Below, in pieces: positions 40,065 through 52,930 of a stretch of 64,000 nt of DNA. The DNA is taken from contig OX597814.1 of NCBI GenBank assembly GCA_951406725.2, positions 224,688,001 to 224,752,000 of the forward strand, written 5' to 3'. The translations under genes and the position numbers were made by a program. Every line of letters starts with the position of its first letter. Within the stretch, counting starts at the first letter, position 1. This stretch comes from Octopus vulgaris. Taxonomy: Eukaryota. A model generated the notes under the pieces. That model was not told the origin of the DNA. It saw only the letters and a program-made list of their open reading frames with translations, and did not search any database.

Positions 40065-40152
40065 TTATGGTATGGGACGATCTGAAAAAAAAACATGTAA
40101 TTGAACTTGAATTTTCTGCTGAAGTTCGAAGTGTCAGACTACGGAGAGATCG
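40065..40152 (+). CDS. WDR45B: WDR45B exon 4: [30 protein letters not shown]
   Basis: ccttttag acceptor, CG|gtttgt donor; overlaps ORF 40067..40252. Confidence 0.95.
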
Positions 40153-40329
40153 GTTTGTATTTGTTTTTGTTTTTTTTTTACATTTTTTAACCACTTCTTA
40201 CATTTTTTGCATTTTTTTTTACATTAAAAAGAAATATTTTTTTCCATTTTGAATAACTAAAGATGCATAGCTTCCTATGCACCTTTAGTGATTCAGTTAT
40301 CTTCTATCTTTTACTTGTTTTAGTCTAAT

Positions 40330-40627
40330 TGGGATCCACATGGACTGCCAGGGGTCCACAAAAGCTTTAAGGGGGTCCACAATTAAAAAGTGGGTCCATA
40401 TATAAATTTTGCTTACTTGGAGAGGTACCTGTATTTATTGAAATTTTCAAGATTTGCATTTGAAATTTATATTATTAATATAACGAAATTGTTTCACTCA
40501 TTGTTAGATTTTACTAACCTACAAACAAATATTTTATTTCAAAAATTTACTTCTGCATATATGGGGTCCACAGATGATAAGATAGCTTTCAGGGGGTCCA
40601 CAAGCAAAATAAGGTTGGGAACCCCTG
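40330..40627. mobile_element. hAT/Charlie-type MITE lacking one end, inserted in a SINE A copy
   Basis: Ends GGTTGGGAACCCCTG; repeated GGGGTCCAC subterminal motifs. Confidence 0.65.
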
Positions 40628-41672
40628 GTTTAGTCGAGCACTTTGCACCCAGTACTGATTTTGTTAAGTTTGATACTTATCCCATCAGTCTCTTTTGCTG
40701 TTCTTCTGTGTTACAGGGATGTAAACAAAGCAACACTTTATTGTCAAGCAGTGGTGGAGACAAACATAAAGATGCACACACATGGTGGACTTCTTTGAGT
40801 TTCTGTCCACTAAATCCATTCACAAGGATTTCGTTGGCTTCGTATTACAGTAGAAACGTTAGCACACCGGGCGAAATGCTTAGCAGTATTTTGTCTGCTG
40901 TTACGTTCTGAGCTCAAATTCCGCCGAGGTCGACTTTGCATTTCCTCCTTTCGGGGTCGATAAATTAAGTACCAGTTACGCACTGGGGTTGATGTAATCC
41001 CTTTGTCTGTCCTTGTTTGTCCCCTCTATGTTTAGCCCCTTGTGGGCAATAAAGAAATAAGAAGACACTTAACCAAGGTGCCTTGCAGTGGGACTGAACC
41101 CGGAACCATGTGGTTGGGAAGCAAACTTCTTACCTCACAACTCTGCCTAGTAAAATGGCATTGAAAAATCAAATGATATTTCAACATCAACAGACCATCC
41201 TAAATATATCAAGTTTAATGTTAATTAAATCACTAATTTACCAGTTTTGTTTGTTCTGTTTCCATGATTATCAGTCACCATCCTCATAATTGGAGCTGGT
41301 TGATAAAATTAGCATTCTTTAGTAACGTTCTTTCCTCTCTTAATAGCTATTTCTCTTCCAGTTTCCTCTTTCTCTTTCTTTTTATATTCTAACTGGATTG
41401 CTTTGACCTACTCTACCCCACTTATTGTATTGTGAAGCTGCTTGACTCTTCTGTACTTTGCCCTGTATCTCTTAAACCTCTCCTTACTGACTATTTGACT
41501 GTCTGCTCTCCTTGTACTTTTGTCACTTTTAATCTATTTTTACAGGGAGCATACCTTATGTATGGGTTATATTTTGTTATTGGTGTAAAACCCGGTTTAG
41601 CTCTGATTAAAGGGACTACTTCTAAAAGCATTCCAACCATGAACAACCAATTCTATATTTAGAAAGAGTGTA

Positions 41673-42536
41673 CGAGGTACATTCAGAAAGTATCCAACTT
41701 TTTTTTTCCCCACCAAAACTAATACTGTGTGGGCAAAATCCTTTGGGTGAGAGGTTGTTGTCACCCTTCCTGTGCATACATGAACATTTTCATGCCAGCA
41801 GGCTGCATTAGTTCCTGGCTGTTATGCCAAGAGTACAGACGTTTTGTGCATGCTTGTCAGATTTTTGTTTTCATGCAAGATGACCGAATACATCAAGCAG
41901 AGACCATAAACCCATGTCTCAACACCAGTGATGATAGTCTTCATGACCGTCTGAATCGTAATTTGCACAGTCCGGCATGACCTGGGCAATTTCCACGTGG
42001 AGTTGCTTCTGCTGCTCCACCAGCAGCTTGGGGATAGATTTCGCTGATACTCTCTGCATGCACAAATCCTCCATTAAACCTGTGCTTATTCCCACTTTGT
42101 GAGCAACTTCCGGGATTGTTGTTATATGACTGTCTTACACAGCTGTTCACCAAACCTTCTCAGTCAGCTTGTGGATGGCCAGCTGAGTATACCTTGCTAT
42201 CCACTGAGGTGCAGCCTTGTTTGAAGTAGTTGTACTACTCCTTTATTAGAGTTTTGCCAAGGCATCACAGCAGAAGGCCTGCTGAATCTTCTGGGTGGTT
42301 TGATTTTGAATATTACCAAACTTTTGGCAAAACTTGCTGTAAGATCTCCTCTGTATTTGGTGAAAATGAAAATCTGATGAGTGCTCACTACATGTCTGTA
42401 CTCTAGGTATATCAGATGGGAACTGACATGGCCTACTGTGTGAAAATTTTCACGCATGTGTAGGAAGGGTTGTGTCACTTCTGACCCAAAGGATTTTGTC
42501 CATGAATAAAGTCGGATACTTTTTTAATGTACTTCA
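41673..42536. mobile_element. Highly decayed mariner-type element or MITE
   Basis: TA-flanked TIRs CGAGGTACATTCAGAAAGTATCCAACTT / AAGTCGGATACTTTTTTAATGTACTTCA; no intact ORF. Confidence 0.7.
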
Positions 42537-44412
42537 TATTAAGGATAACATTATGCTGTGTGAACCTGCTTTTTTGTGAAGAGGGCATGGTATGATTTTA
42601 GGGGGAATTTCAATGCTTATCCTTATAAATCAAATGACTACATAGTGACTCACCTTACTAACTCACTATTTGTTTTTTGTAAATTATTTGGCACTTTTGT
42701 TGTGTGCTTTTTGTTTCATAGGTAACCATGTTTATCAACATCCATAGAGCTTACTAATGAGCTTTCTTATAGAACTGTAGTTCTGCTTAGTTCCAGGAGC
42801 TTTTTTTTTTTACATCAATTTAAAGTGGTTTAAATTAAAACCTTTCCTCAAAATTTCATATTAATTTATATTCTAAACAGCACCTTAATAATAACAAAAT
42901 TATTTTACTAAACCCTTTATTATATTCAAAATTAATTGAAACAAAGATAGTGTATTTTAACAGAAATATGGTAACAAAAGGGTTAAAGAAATCTCTATAT
43001 GATTATTCAGTTTGCTAACAATAGCAGCTAAATTAATCTGTAATCAAACCTTAACAGGAGCTTTAAATTGAGTTAGAGAATATTGTGGAAATTCTGGAAG
43101 TGACAAGAGAGGGACTTTCTTTCCAAAACCTAAAATAATTTGTTTCTAGATATTTCTGTTGATACAAATTATTTGAAAATGTTCATCATCATCATTAACA
43201 TCTATTTTCCCTACTGGTATAGTATTTCTTATTAACCAAATGTCCACTGATATAAATTAGATCATTCTTTTTCTTGTAAAATAGATGACAGTGCTGATAT
43301 TAAAGATGATAACGACAAGTATGTTTAACTGATAGCTATTATGTTCTAGTTGATAATAATTTATTTGTTTTTCTAAGGAAAGCAGTGGCCATGATTCTTT
43401 TCAGGTTCTCGGAGACAAGTTCGAGGGATGGAGATGAGCCCAAATACTTATATCAGATTGGATTTCCCTAAATAAACGAAAGGTATTAGGTGGTGGTGGT
43501 GTTAAACTGGGCCATAGGCTAAGCATATCACTCACATAAGCCATGGTGGAATATACACTCAGGTTCAACCACTTACAGTTCTACTAGTTCATTGCCACAT
43601 AGAGCTACATTTTTATTAAACTCCAGAATGGATGAGAGGCAAATTTGACTGTGGTAGGATTTGAACTTAGAATGTCTTGTGATATTTGTCCCAACTGTCT
43701 GGGTTCTGTCTGATGCCCTAATAGTGCTGCCAATTCTTCCTTGTGTTACAGTGTTCTATATACCTAATAGACAGGCATTTTGTTTCTCTAAGGCAGAGAA
43801 AGGACTCCTAGATGCCACTTCTTTGCAACATACAGCAACCAATACTAATAGCTAAATAGTCAACTTTTGAGACAATATAATTTTGTAAGTCACTCTGACT
43901 CTCACATGGTTGCCATCAAGCAATACAAACAGAAATGGAAGAAATGAAGTACACCCTTTTCTTTGTTTTTTCTCACTTATCTTTGACTAAAGTTCTCTTC
44001 ACACTCTGTGATACGCAAGCCTTAGTAAATTTGTGAGCAACAATAGGCAAGGAGTTGTAGAAATAAAGTATATTGACCCTTTAGCATTCAGATTACTTCG
44101 TCAAATGTAATGCTTATTTATTCACATTGTTTATTTTTAGAATGACATTTATACAGTAAGAGTGAGAGGCTGGTCTAGCCAGTTTGAACATAAAACAGGT
44201 AGAAAATTTGGGCCGGATATAGCCAGTTTAAGTTTTAATGGGTTTAAAGGAAATGGTTGAAAGGGGAAATGGTTATAAGTATAGCTGGAGACAAAGCTCT
44301 TTTGTATCTTAGAACTCTTGAGATAAGTTTAGTTTTTTTTTTTTTTTTGTTTATTACAACATTCACATTTAATTGTAGGTTGTTATTGTATATCTCTACA
44401 TTATTCCTGACC

Positions 44413-44990
44413 TCATCATCATCATCATCATTGTTCGACCGTGGTCGAGACAATGGAATTTACCATGCTACGCCAGACTTCACGGTCCATCGTGGCATTA
44501 CGGAGGTCCTGTTGCTGGATGTCTGTATCCCTGGAGATTACATCAGGGTAGGAGAGTGTGCGCCCTCTGGTATTGCGAGTAGATGGCTTCCAGAGGAGAA
44601 GAGTAGAAATTGCCTCGTTTTCAGCTCTACAACAATGTCCAGCAAACTGGACTCTCCTACCTTTCACAAGAGGTGACACAGGTGGTAGCTTCCCATATAT
44701 TTGCATTTTGGTTGGATGACGCTTCCACAAGAGATTTTGAGCTCTCATAAGGAGGCGAGTGTAGGTTCCATCCAACCGCCTCTCAAGCTTCTTTGATAAC
44801 GTCCAGGTTTCTGAGCCATATAGTAGAATTGGTTTGACTGTGGCTTTGAAGATTTCAAGTTTGAAGTCTCTACTTAGGTTTGATGACCAGATCTTATGCA
44901 TGTCATTACAGGCTGACCAGGCCATACCCTTTCTAGTTAGAAAATCTTTTCCAGATGACCCAAGATATTTGTAATCAGAAACCATATTTA
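44413..44990 (-). mobile_element. 5'-truncated RTE-clade LINE (C-terminal end of the RT ORF plus TGA-repeat tail)
   Basis: ORF 44428..45054: YKYLGS..ILLYGSETWTL..RRVQFAGHCCR..DREVWR, followed directly by (TGA)n. Confidence 0.9.
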
Positions 44991-45739
44991 AGGGCGCATT
45001 TTTAAAGGTTAGACCTAGAAGAGGGATTATCAAATACATTCTACCCCTATCCATCCCATTTTTGTGATTTTTGCTTCAGAACAATATATCTAGGGTTACA
45101 TCATTCAGTATATTTTTCAGATGTTAAAGTTTGAGTTTTCAAGCAGTGGGGTTTAATTGCGAGAAATTTAGCTGCTATTTTTTTAACAAGTTGAATACAA
45201 AAAAAAGCATCCTTGCTGATGCCACATAAAAAGTATCTTTGCTGATGCCATGTAAAAAGCACCCATGCCAGTGTCACGTAAAAAAATGTGCCCATGCTGG
45301 TGTCATGTATAAGGCAATCATACAGGAACCACATAAAAAGCACCCAGTACTGTAAAGTGATTGGCATTAAGAAGGGCACCCAGCCATAGAATCCATGCTA
45401 AACTGACAATTGGAGCCTGGTGCAGCTCTCCTGCTGACCAATTCCTGTCAAACCATCCAACCCATGCCAGCATGGAAAAACGGATGTTAAATGAGATGAG
45501 ATGATGATGATGATGATGATGATTCTTTGCTGGTGTAGTTTATCCTTTTGTTACCATATTTTTAAAATTAATTTTGAAAATAATGAAGAATTTAGAATGA
45601 TAATTTTGTCATTATTAACCTGCTGCTTGGAACATAAATTAACATAAATTAACATAAATTAACATGGCATTTAAAATGGAAGATTTGAATTTAGATCACT
45701 TTAAAACAGGAAGTTCACATTATAGACAAAGGAGTATTC

Positions 45740-46030
45740 TGCGGTGGCACCAGCACCTATGAGCCCACAAGACTAGGGATGATCAGCTGGGAAGGGTTGC
45801 AGGGGATGAATCTGTATGCAAGGGCAGCCATGCTTTTACTCAACTTGACAAGTCCTTTCATATATCACAAACTGCCAGGGTGATTTGGTCCCTTGTTACC
45901 CTCTCTGTGAGTCCCAACATCCGTAGATCCTTTCTCACTACTTCGTCTCATGTCTTCTTGGGTCCACCCCTTCCATGTGTTCCCTCTGCAATTAGAGATC
46001 GGCACCACTTGATGCAACTGCCTTTATTTA
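45740..46030 (-). mobile_element. RTE/BovB-like LINE ORF end plus start of its 3' UTR
   Basis: Minus strand reads CRSLIAEGTHGRGGPKKT*DEVVRKDLRMLGLTE (RGRPxKTW-type C-terminus). Confidence 0.65.
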
Positions 46031-46144
46031 TTCTGTATTGTGGTGATCATCATTCTTTTCCACTCAGTCCCACCATGTCAGTTTTTCATAGAAGCTTTGT
46101 TGTTACTCCAGATTGATATTTTTAATTAGTTTACTAAATCCTAA

Positions 46145-46403
46145 GTGAAGGCACGTGGCCTAGTGGTTAGGGTGTCAGCATCATGATCATAAGATTGTGG
46201 TTTCGATTCCTGGACCGGGCGATGCGTTGTGTTCTTGAGCAAAACACTTAATTTCACGTTGCTCCAGTTCACTCAGCTGGCAAAAATGAGTAACGCTGCA
46301 ATGGACTGGCGTCCCGTCCAGCTGGGGAACACATACGCCATTGAAACCGGGAAACATGGCCCATGAACCTGGCCAGGCTTTAAAAGGGCGCATTTATTTA
46401 TTA
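46145..46403 (+). mobile_element. SINE family D (tRNA head, CORE-like, V-domain-like), young copy with a perfect 14-bp TSD
   Basis: TGGCCTAGTGG A-box, GTTTCGATTCC B-box, CTGCAATGGACTGGCGTCCCGTCCAG; TSD TTACTAAATCCTAA at 46131-46144 and 46404-46417. Confidence 0.9.
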
Positions 46404-46419
46404 TTACTAAATCCTAAAC

Positions 46420-46622
46420 CACTGTTTCTCAATTATTTTTTATCCATAGATTCCTTTCATTCCTATTTTACTCAGGTGATATTTTTTATTTTATTTAATA
46501 TTAGGAATTGTAAAATATTTTGTGTATTGTCGAAGTATAACCAATTTATTGCAGATGAATTTTAACATCAAAATCTTATGTGGACCCTCAATGTTCATAT
46601 GGACCCCTGTTGAGAACCACTG
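46420..46622. mobile_element. hAT/Charlie-type MITE (related partial copy at 12802-13012)
   Basis: TIR CACTGTTTCTCAA / TTGAGAACCACTG; TSD TCCTAAAC/CTCTAAAC. Confidence 0.75.
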
Positions 46623-47102
46623 CTCTAAACTAATTAACCTTAAATGAAAAGAACATTCAAAACTTATTTTAGTTTTTTACAAAATATATGGAATTTAGAT
46701 AATAAAAATCTTTTTTTCTTTGTTTTTCTTTTTAATTTATAATTTTTCTGTTTTCTTTTTTCATATTTGCATGATTTTCTGGAAAAGATAAAATTCATAT
46801 TTTGTTTTTGGTTTGCAAGATTCTTCATGTGAGTTCATGTATTGAAGCATATTTTCTTGTCTGGGGAGAGTCCTTCTCTTTTAGTGCCTTATTATTTAAC
46901 ACACTCACCGGTAAAGTTTCCACTCATTTACTTCTTTATTTTTAAAAAAGTTTTTGTTGCGTTTTGCAACCTTTCCAATAGTCATTGACTTTGTCTATTA
47001 TCCGAATATCAGCACTAAAAGGGACTGACTTCTCCCCAGACACAACAAACTAAAATTTATAATTTTTATACAATTTTTTTTTGTTTTGTTTTTGTTTTCT
47101 AG

Positions 47103-47197
47103 AATTGTTGTTGTTCTTGATTCCCTTATCAAAGTTTACACTTTCACTCAAAACCCACAGCAGCTACACGTATTTGAAACTTGTTCCAACCCTAAAG
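47103..47197 (+). CDS. WDR45B: WDR45B exon 5: [31 protein letters not shown]
   Basis: tttctag acceptor, G|gtaagt donor; read manually (this frame is not in the ORF track). Confidence 0.95.
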
Positions 47198-47519
47198 GTA
47201 AGTGTTAATTGTCCAACTGTTTTTCAGGTCACTTTAAGACATTTCATTTCCCCATTACTCTTAGTCATCTCCTGTTGGTAACTGTCGCTTCCATAGTCTC
47301 ATGCTTGTGTATGTTATTTGGCTTGATGCTGTTCCTACCACCAACCACTCTACAGAGTCTACTAGATGTATTTTATGTGGCTTTTCCTGATGCTCCAATG
47401 ATTCTCGTCAAACCACCATTCTTAGTCATTGACCAACATTATTGTCATTGATATTCTTTCCTCAGCACCTTACAAGTTTTTCTAGTTAACCTTTTCAATA
47501 ATTCCTGTATCAAATAATA

Positions 47520-47748
47520 TTAACCCTTTAGCCTTTAAACTGGCCATATCCGGCCAAAAGTATTCTGCTTGTTTTATGTTCAAACTAGCCAGATCTGGTC
47601 TCTCACACCAACCCTACAATATCGTCTTAAAAATTAACAGCTACCTCATCAAAATCTCATAGCTACAAGATAATGCATGATTAGTCCAAAACAATGTGGA
47701 TGAAAAAGCATTAGTTTTGACAGAATAATGTGAACACTAAAGGATTAA
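47520..47748. mobile_element. TTAA-flanked (piggyBac-type) MITE family; other copies at ~7845-8430 (split), 16597-16827, 21990-22204, 32545-33190 (split), 44075-44246, 53655-53898, 58100-58304
   Basis: TTAA-CCCTTTAGC...AAAGG(G/A)-TTAA termini; shared body cattcagattactctgtcaaatgtaatgc..gaacataaaac.ggtagaa. Confidence 0.75.
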
Positions 47749-48163
47749 ATTAGCAGTGAGCTTGCAGAATCTTTAGCATGGCAGGCAAAATGCTTAGTGG
47801 TGTCTTTCATCTGTCCTTACACTTTGAGTTCAAATTCTTCTGAGGTCAACTTTGCTTTTCATCTTTTCAGGGTGGATAAAATTAAGTACCAGTTGAGCAC
47901 TGGGGTCGATGTATTTGACTTACCCCTTGTCCTGCACTTGATGGCATTGTGCTAAAATTTGAAATCAATATTAACTTAACTATTTCCTTTTTATGTGGAA
48001 TTAAGATTTCTGAATGGTTTATTCTCTAAACAATTTTAGTTTTACTCTGTGAGAAATTATTATGTTGAAAGTATTTCTATATTCCTTGGATGTTTTTCCT
48101 TCGTAATTGAAATTAGTTTCTGTGATATTCTGAGTTTTCAACTAATTTTTTTAATATTTGTAG

Positions 48164-48354
48164 GACTGTGTGTCATGTGTCCGAACAGTAACAACTCTTT
48201 GTTAGCATTTCCTGGCCGTAAGACTGGACATGTCCAGTTGGTGGACCTTGCTAATACTGAGAAAACACCATTAGATATTCCAGCACATGAAGCAGCTCTC
48301 AGTTGCATTGCATTAAATTTACAAGGCACCCGCCTAGGAACAGCATCAGAGAAA
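48164..48354 (+). CDS. WDR45B: WDR45B exon 6: [18 protein letters not shown]...[14 protein letters not shown]
   Basis: ttgtag acceptor, AAA|gtaagt donor; inside ORF 48049..48393. Confidence 0.97.
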
Positions 48355-50264
48355 GTAAGTCAAAAATTGTTAAGTTACAAATTATTAAACTGATTTTGTA
48401 AAGATTGATTTGTAATTTTTTTTTTTTAAGAATTAAAAAAATAAATTTAATTTCCCTATATTTTCCATTTTATTTGTGCCTGTCACAAGGTAAAAGAAAA
48501 CTGAGCAAATTGAACTGTAGTGTGGTTTTGTTTCTCAGTTCAAAATCAATATCTCATCATTTTAGGTAATTAATGATATTGTGAAAGGCATAAAAATCAC
48601 AGCTTTGTATTTGCTTGTTTAGATATAAAACTGAAGTATCTTGTCCCTGTGACCACTCAGTATATTCAGATATTGTTAATTAGCATTTAGCTGCTCGTTT
48701 TGCATGTGTTTCTGTCAGTTGTGCATTTGGCAGTAAGAATACTAATGCTGTAGTTTTTGTAGCGTATATTGATTGATTGAAATAGCAATGACATGGTTTT
48801 AAATTATAAGCATCAATTAGACTAGTGACTCAGCCATTTTGACTTCATAGCACACAAGAGTTCACATAACAGTGGTGCTATGCTGAAAGTTAAATCAAAT
48901 TGTTTTAAAGTAAAAATACAGACAAAAAAAAAGGGGGAAACTATTTCTTACCTTGTTTTAGCGCGGAAAACGGACGTTAAACGATGATGATGATGAATGA
49001 AATGAGTAACAAATTTCATGGAAGACCTGCATTAAATGATGATATTGATGATTATTTTAAATACATTATTCGGTGGCACGTGAAAAAACATTCGCGCGAT
49101 GTCGTTGCCAGTGCCACTGGACTGGCTCCTGTGCAGGTGGCACGTAAAAAGCACCATTTGAACGTGGCCATTGCCAGTACCACCTGACTGGCCCTCGTTC
49201 CGGTGGCACCTAAAAGCACCCGCTACACTCTCGGAGTGGTTGGTGTTAGGAAGGGCATCCAGCAGTAGAAACTCTGCCAGATCAGATTGGAGCCTGGTGC
49301 AGCCATCTGGTTCGCCAGTCCTCAGTCAAATCGTCCAACCCATGCCAGTATGGAAAGCGGATGTCAAACAATGATGATGACTATGGATTTTCTAATGCTT
49401 TAAATTATCACCATCATCCTTATTTAATTACATTTTTTTGCTAATGCAAAGCACACCCAAATACCCCTAAGAACCATTAATTTTTCCATTGATGGGAGTG
49501 GAGTAACATATATTGCTTGCTGGGCAACTACATTCTTGATTACACTCCTGGGCATTTGCCATGCTACCATCTCAAGATAAATACTTCCATCTGCAGTGTT
49601 ATTGGTAAGACAGTCACATTGACTGGAGTCACTTCATTTCCTCTTTACTCTTTCTCCAATTGATGCGCTTAGAAGATGTTTACTTCTCAGGTTTGTGGTT
49701 TTAGGTTCAGTCCCACTGCGTAACACCTCAGGCATGTCCTCTTCTTTAACCCTGAGCTGGCCGAAGCCCTGTGAATGGATTTTGTTAGATGGAAACTAAA
49801 AGGAACTTGTCATGAGTATGCATGCATCTTCTTGCCTTGACATTGATGGTTTTGAAGAGCATCATTGCGATATAAGCAGTCTTCCATGAAAATGTATCTG
49901 GCCATGGGGAAATATTACCCTACTTGGAAACGGGTGAGGGCTGGTAACGGGAAAGGCATTTGGCCTTAGAAAATCTGCCTCAGCAAATTCTGTCTGACCC
50001 ATACAAGCAGAGAGTAGGATGATTCTACTAAAATTTCAGTTCTGCAGTTCACTTGGCTATTATCAGTTATATCACCGTCATTGATGGGTGCTAGGGTTTT
50101 ATTAGCTTGTAGTGATAAACTACTATGTGCACTGAAAAGTAAAAAGATACCAACGATAGGATTATAAACAAGTCCTATGTGATGATTGTAAGTTTCCAGC
50201 AGGTCAGCTAAGGTTTCAGTTTCCTATTTTACCTACATAACATCATTGCTATTAATACCTATAG

Positions 50265-50602
50265 AATGAAGACCCACTTCGGTCATGAATGACCATGGGA
50301 TTGCACCAAGAAAGATACCCTCCGAAGCACAAGTTCAGACAAGGTTGTTTATGGAAGACCAGCTGTCACCCATGCATACCAACCTCCCCTCTTCATACCA
50401 CCCATGTTGTGTGAGGGAAAGGGAAAAGCTGACACAGCTTGGCACCAATGATGTTGCAACTCATTTCTGTAGCTGAGTGAACTTGAGCAGCATGAAATAA
50501 AGTATCTTGCTCAAAAGTACAACCAACAGCCTGGTACTGGAATCGAACTCACTACCTCGTGATTGTGAGCCTGATGCTCTAACCATTGAGTCATGTGCCA
50601 TC
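50265..50602 (-). mobile_element. SINE family E (D-like tRNA/CORE head, different 3' half)
   Basis: Minus strand GGCACATGACTCAATGGTTAGAGC..GAGTTCGATTCC..CTTTTGAGCAAGATACTT. Confidence 0.7.
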
Positions 50603-51657
50603 ACCTATAGAATAGGAATAACCAAGTAGTTATATGACTCCGCCTCACTTCTGTATTCCCACATGTGTGATGACATGAGTCAATTTAAGATCCAGTGACC
50701 TAAGAAGGCATGCAAAAGCACTACAGGCTCAGTCCCTTTCTCCAGACCAAATCAAAGCAATTCGTAAAATAATCTAATAGTTTTAATATTTCAATAATGT
50801 AATTTAAAAAACAAAAATGTTTATATAGTTATGTAAATAAATAGCCTGGATGGGAAAGAGTACACTCTTTCTTTAGTGTATAATTAAGCATTTCCAAAGC
50901 TTGTGCTATCCTCGGAAGTGTCCGAGTTAAAAAATGAGGAATCACTTCCCATTCTATGTCCCATCCCAAAACAATGAATAGTTTTGTAATGACATAATGA
51001 ATCATATCATTACTAAAGGAGTGTGTAATATTTCCTAATTTAGACTTTAAAGACCTCTATTTTTCCTTCATAGAACGTGTTAATTAAGCATATCTTTTTA
51101 AGAGCTCTTAAAACTTAGAAACAGCCTAAAACAAACAGAGGAAATGCTTTGCATACAGTCGACATGGATCTAGAGTAGTGTCCCTTGTGAGAAAATAGAT
51201 TAGTTCATCATTGAGTAAAGCTGGTGGCATAAGGACTTCTTGGAGTCCCAGATTTAGTGCTTGGACACATCTTTTGGACATACACACACAGGTGTGTATG
51301 TGTTTGTGATTTAACATCCATCTGTATAATCGTCATCATTTTAATGTGCACTTTTCCATTCTTGCACGGGATGGACAGAGTTTATTGAGGCAGATTTACT
51401 GTAGCTGGATGCCCTTCCTGTCCCCAACCTTTACCTATTTCCAAGCAAAGTAATACTACCTAATGGCCAGACCTGTTCTCAAAGAATATTGAAAATGAAT
51501 GACACTGCTTGTATGACAGTGGCACTCATCTACATTTATCAAGTGATGTCAAGACAAGAACACACAAATATTCAGACACACACACACACACACACACGAA
51601 TAAAGAGCATTGTAGTTCACTTGAAGCATTGCAGTACAGAAATAGAATAATAAATGA

Positions 51658-51937
51658 AATGGAAATGAGGGAGCTTCTAACAATAGAGATGAAAGCTGAA
51701 AAACTTTTATATATTTTGGGTGCAGTGGCCCATCTTCAGAAGAGTACAGTCAAAGAAATGTGTGCCAATGTAGATCCTGCCATTTGAGTGCCTGCCCATC
51801 TGGCTATCCAAAAGGCAGGATCTATGTAGACATCCTTTCCTTTGACTGTACTTTTCTGAGGATCGGCTTTTGTGCCTGAAATATAGAAAGGCTTTTCAAC
51901 TTTAAATTCTGCATTGTTAGAAGATTTTGTCATTTCC
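51658..51937. repeat. Fold-back element with ~130-bp diverged arms and a short loop
   Basis: gtacagtcaaag / ctttgactgtac and tagatcctgcc / ggcaggatcta; the opposite-strand ORF translations mirror each other. Confidence 0.85.
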
Positions 51938-52844
51938 TGTTTCTCTCTCTTTCTCTCTCTCTCACACACACACTGATAGTTTGTGTGTGTATGTTCCAAT
52001 GTGTATGTTTTATGTATATGCATATGTATGCCTCAGTCAGTATTTCTTAGGTAAAGATACTAGGCTACTGACAATATGGTTATGTCTGTTATAAACTAAC
52101 TGGCAGTGCTCATAAATCTGATTTGTTTTAGTTTGCCTGGAAAGCAAGTCATTCCACTCATGTATTTCTATAATGATAAGTGTGAAATTCTGTCTGCCTG
52201 TCCATCTGGGACCCCTGTCTCTCAGTCTATATTTATTCTACATAGACATAGTATACCTTTTTGGAATCAGGATGATCCCAGGATTGACAATCTGTCCTTC
52301 ATTTGGTTCTTGAACATCCATCATTGGGATCAGGTTTGGATGAGGATTTGTTAAATGCTAACAGTTGAGAATTCAAATTTTAAAAGAACTCTAAAACCTT
52401 TGTGAACTTACAAGCTTTTCATTTAAACTGAATTTAAAGTAATACCATATTAGTAGGGTACCAATAAATGCTTTGTTATTGTTGCACTCTTTAGTTTTGG
52501 GCCATAGGCCGAATTAGCCCCTAGTGCAGCTTTTAAGCTAGTATTTATATATTTTTATTGATATTTGAATGATTGATTAAAAAAAAAAGAGAGAGAGAGA
52601 AAATATGCAACAACAAGTTGCAGCTATTTCACTCTGCAGTTGACTGAAAGCAACATAGTGTACCTAGGTGAAGCATGCGACTTAACACCTGGTGAAATGG
52701 AGATTGAAATGAAGACCTTCTTGGCCCGAAATCACATTAATATCTCTGCATTCTTATTAAATTTTTTTATTAATTTTTATATTGTTTTCTTTTTCTTGTT
52801 TTGAATCTATTTCTTATCCAGCTGCCCCTACTTCTTTATTGTAG

Positions 52845-52930
52845 GGAACGTTAATTCGAGTATTTGATACGTCAGACTGTACACTGTTGCATGAACTGCG
52901 ACGTGGAGCCAACAGTGCACATATATACTG
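52845..52930 (+). CDS. WDR45B: WDR45B exon 7: [29 protein letters not shown] (LRRG motif)
   Basis: ttgtag acceptor, TG|gttagt donor; PROPPIN phosphoinositide-binding motif. Confidence 0.96.

Noticed and set aside
46145-46215. tRNA gene
   Set aside because: A and B boxes are present, but the sequence continues into a SINE body and is bounded by a TSD; the same applies to other SINE heads
46940-46990. GTTGC/GCAAC stem resembling hammerhead helix II on the minus strand
   Set aside because: Neither core box is intact; cannot be supported from one copy
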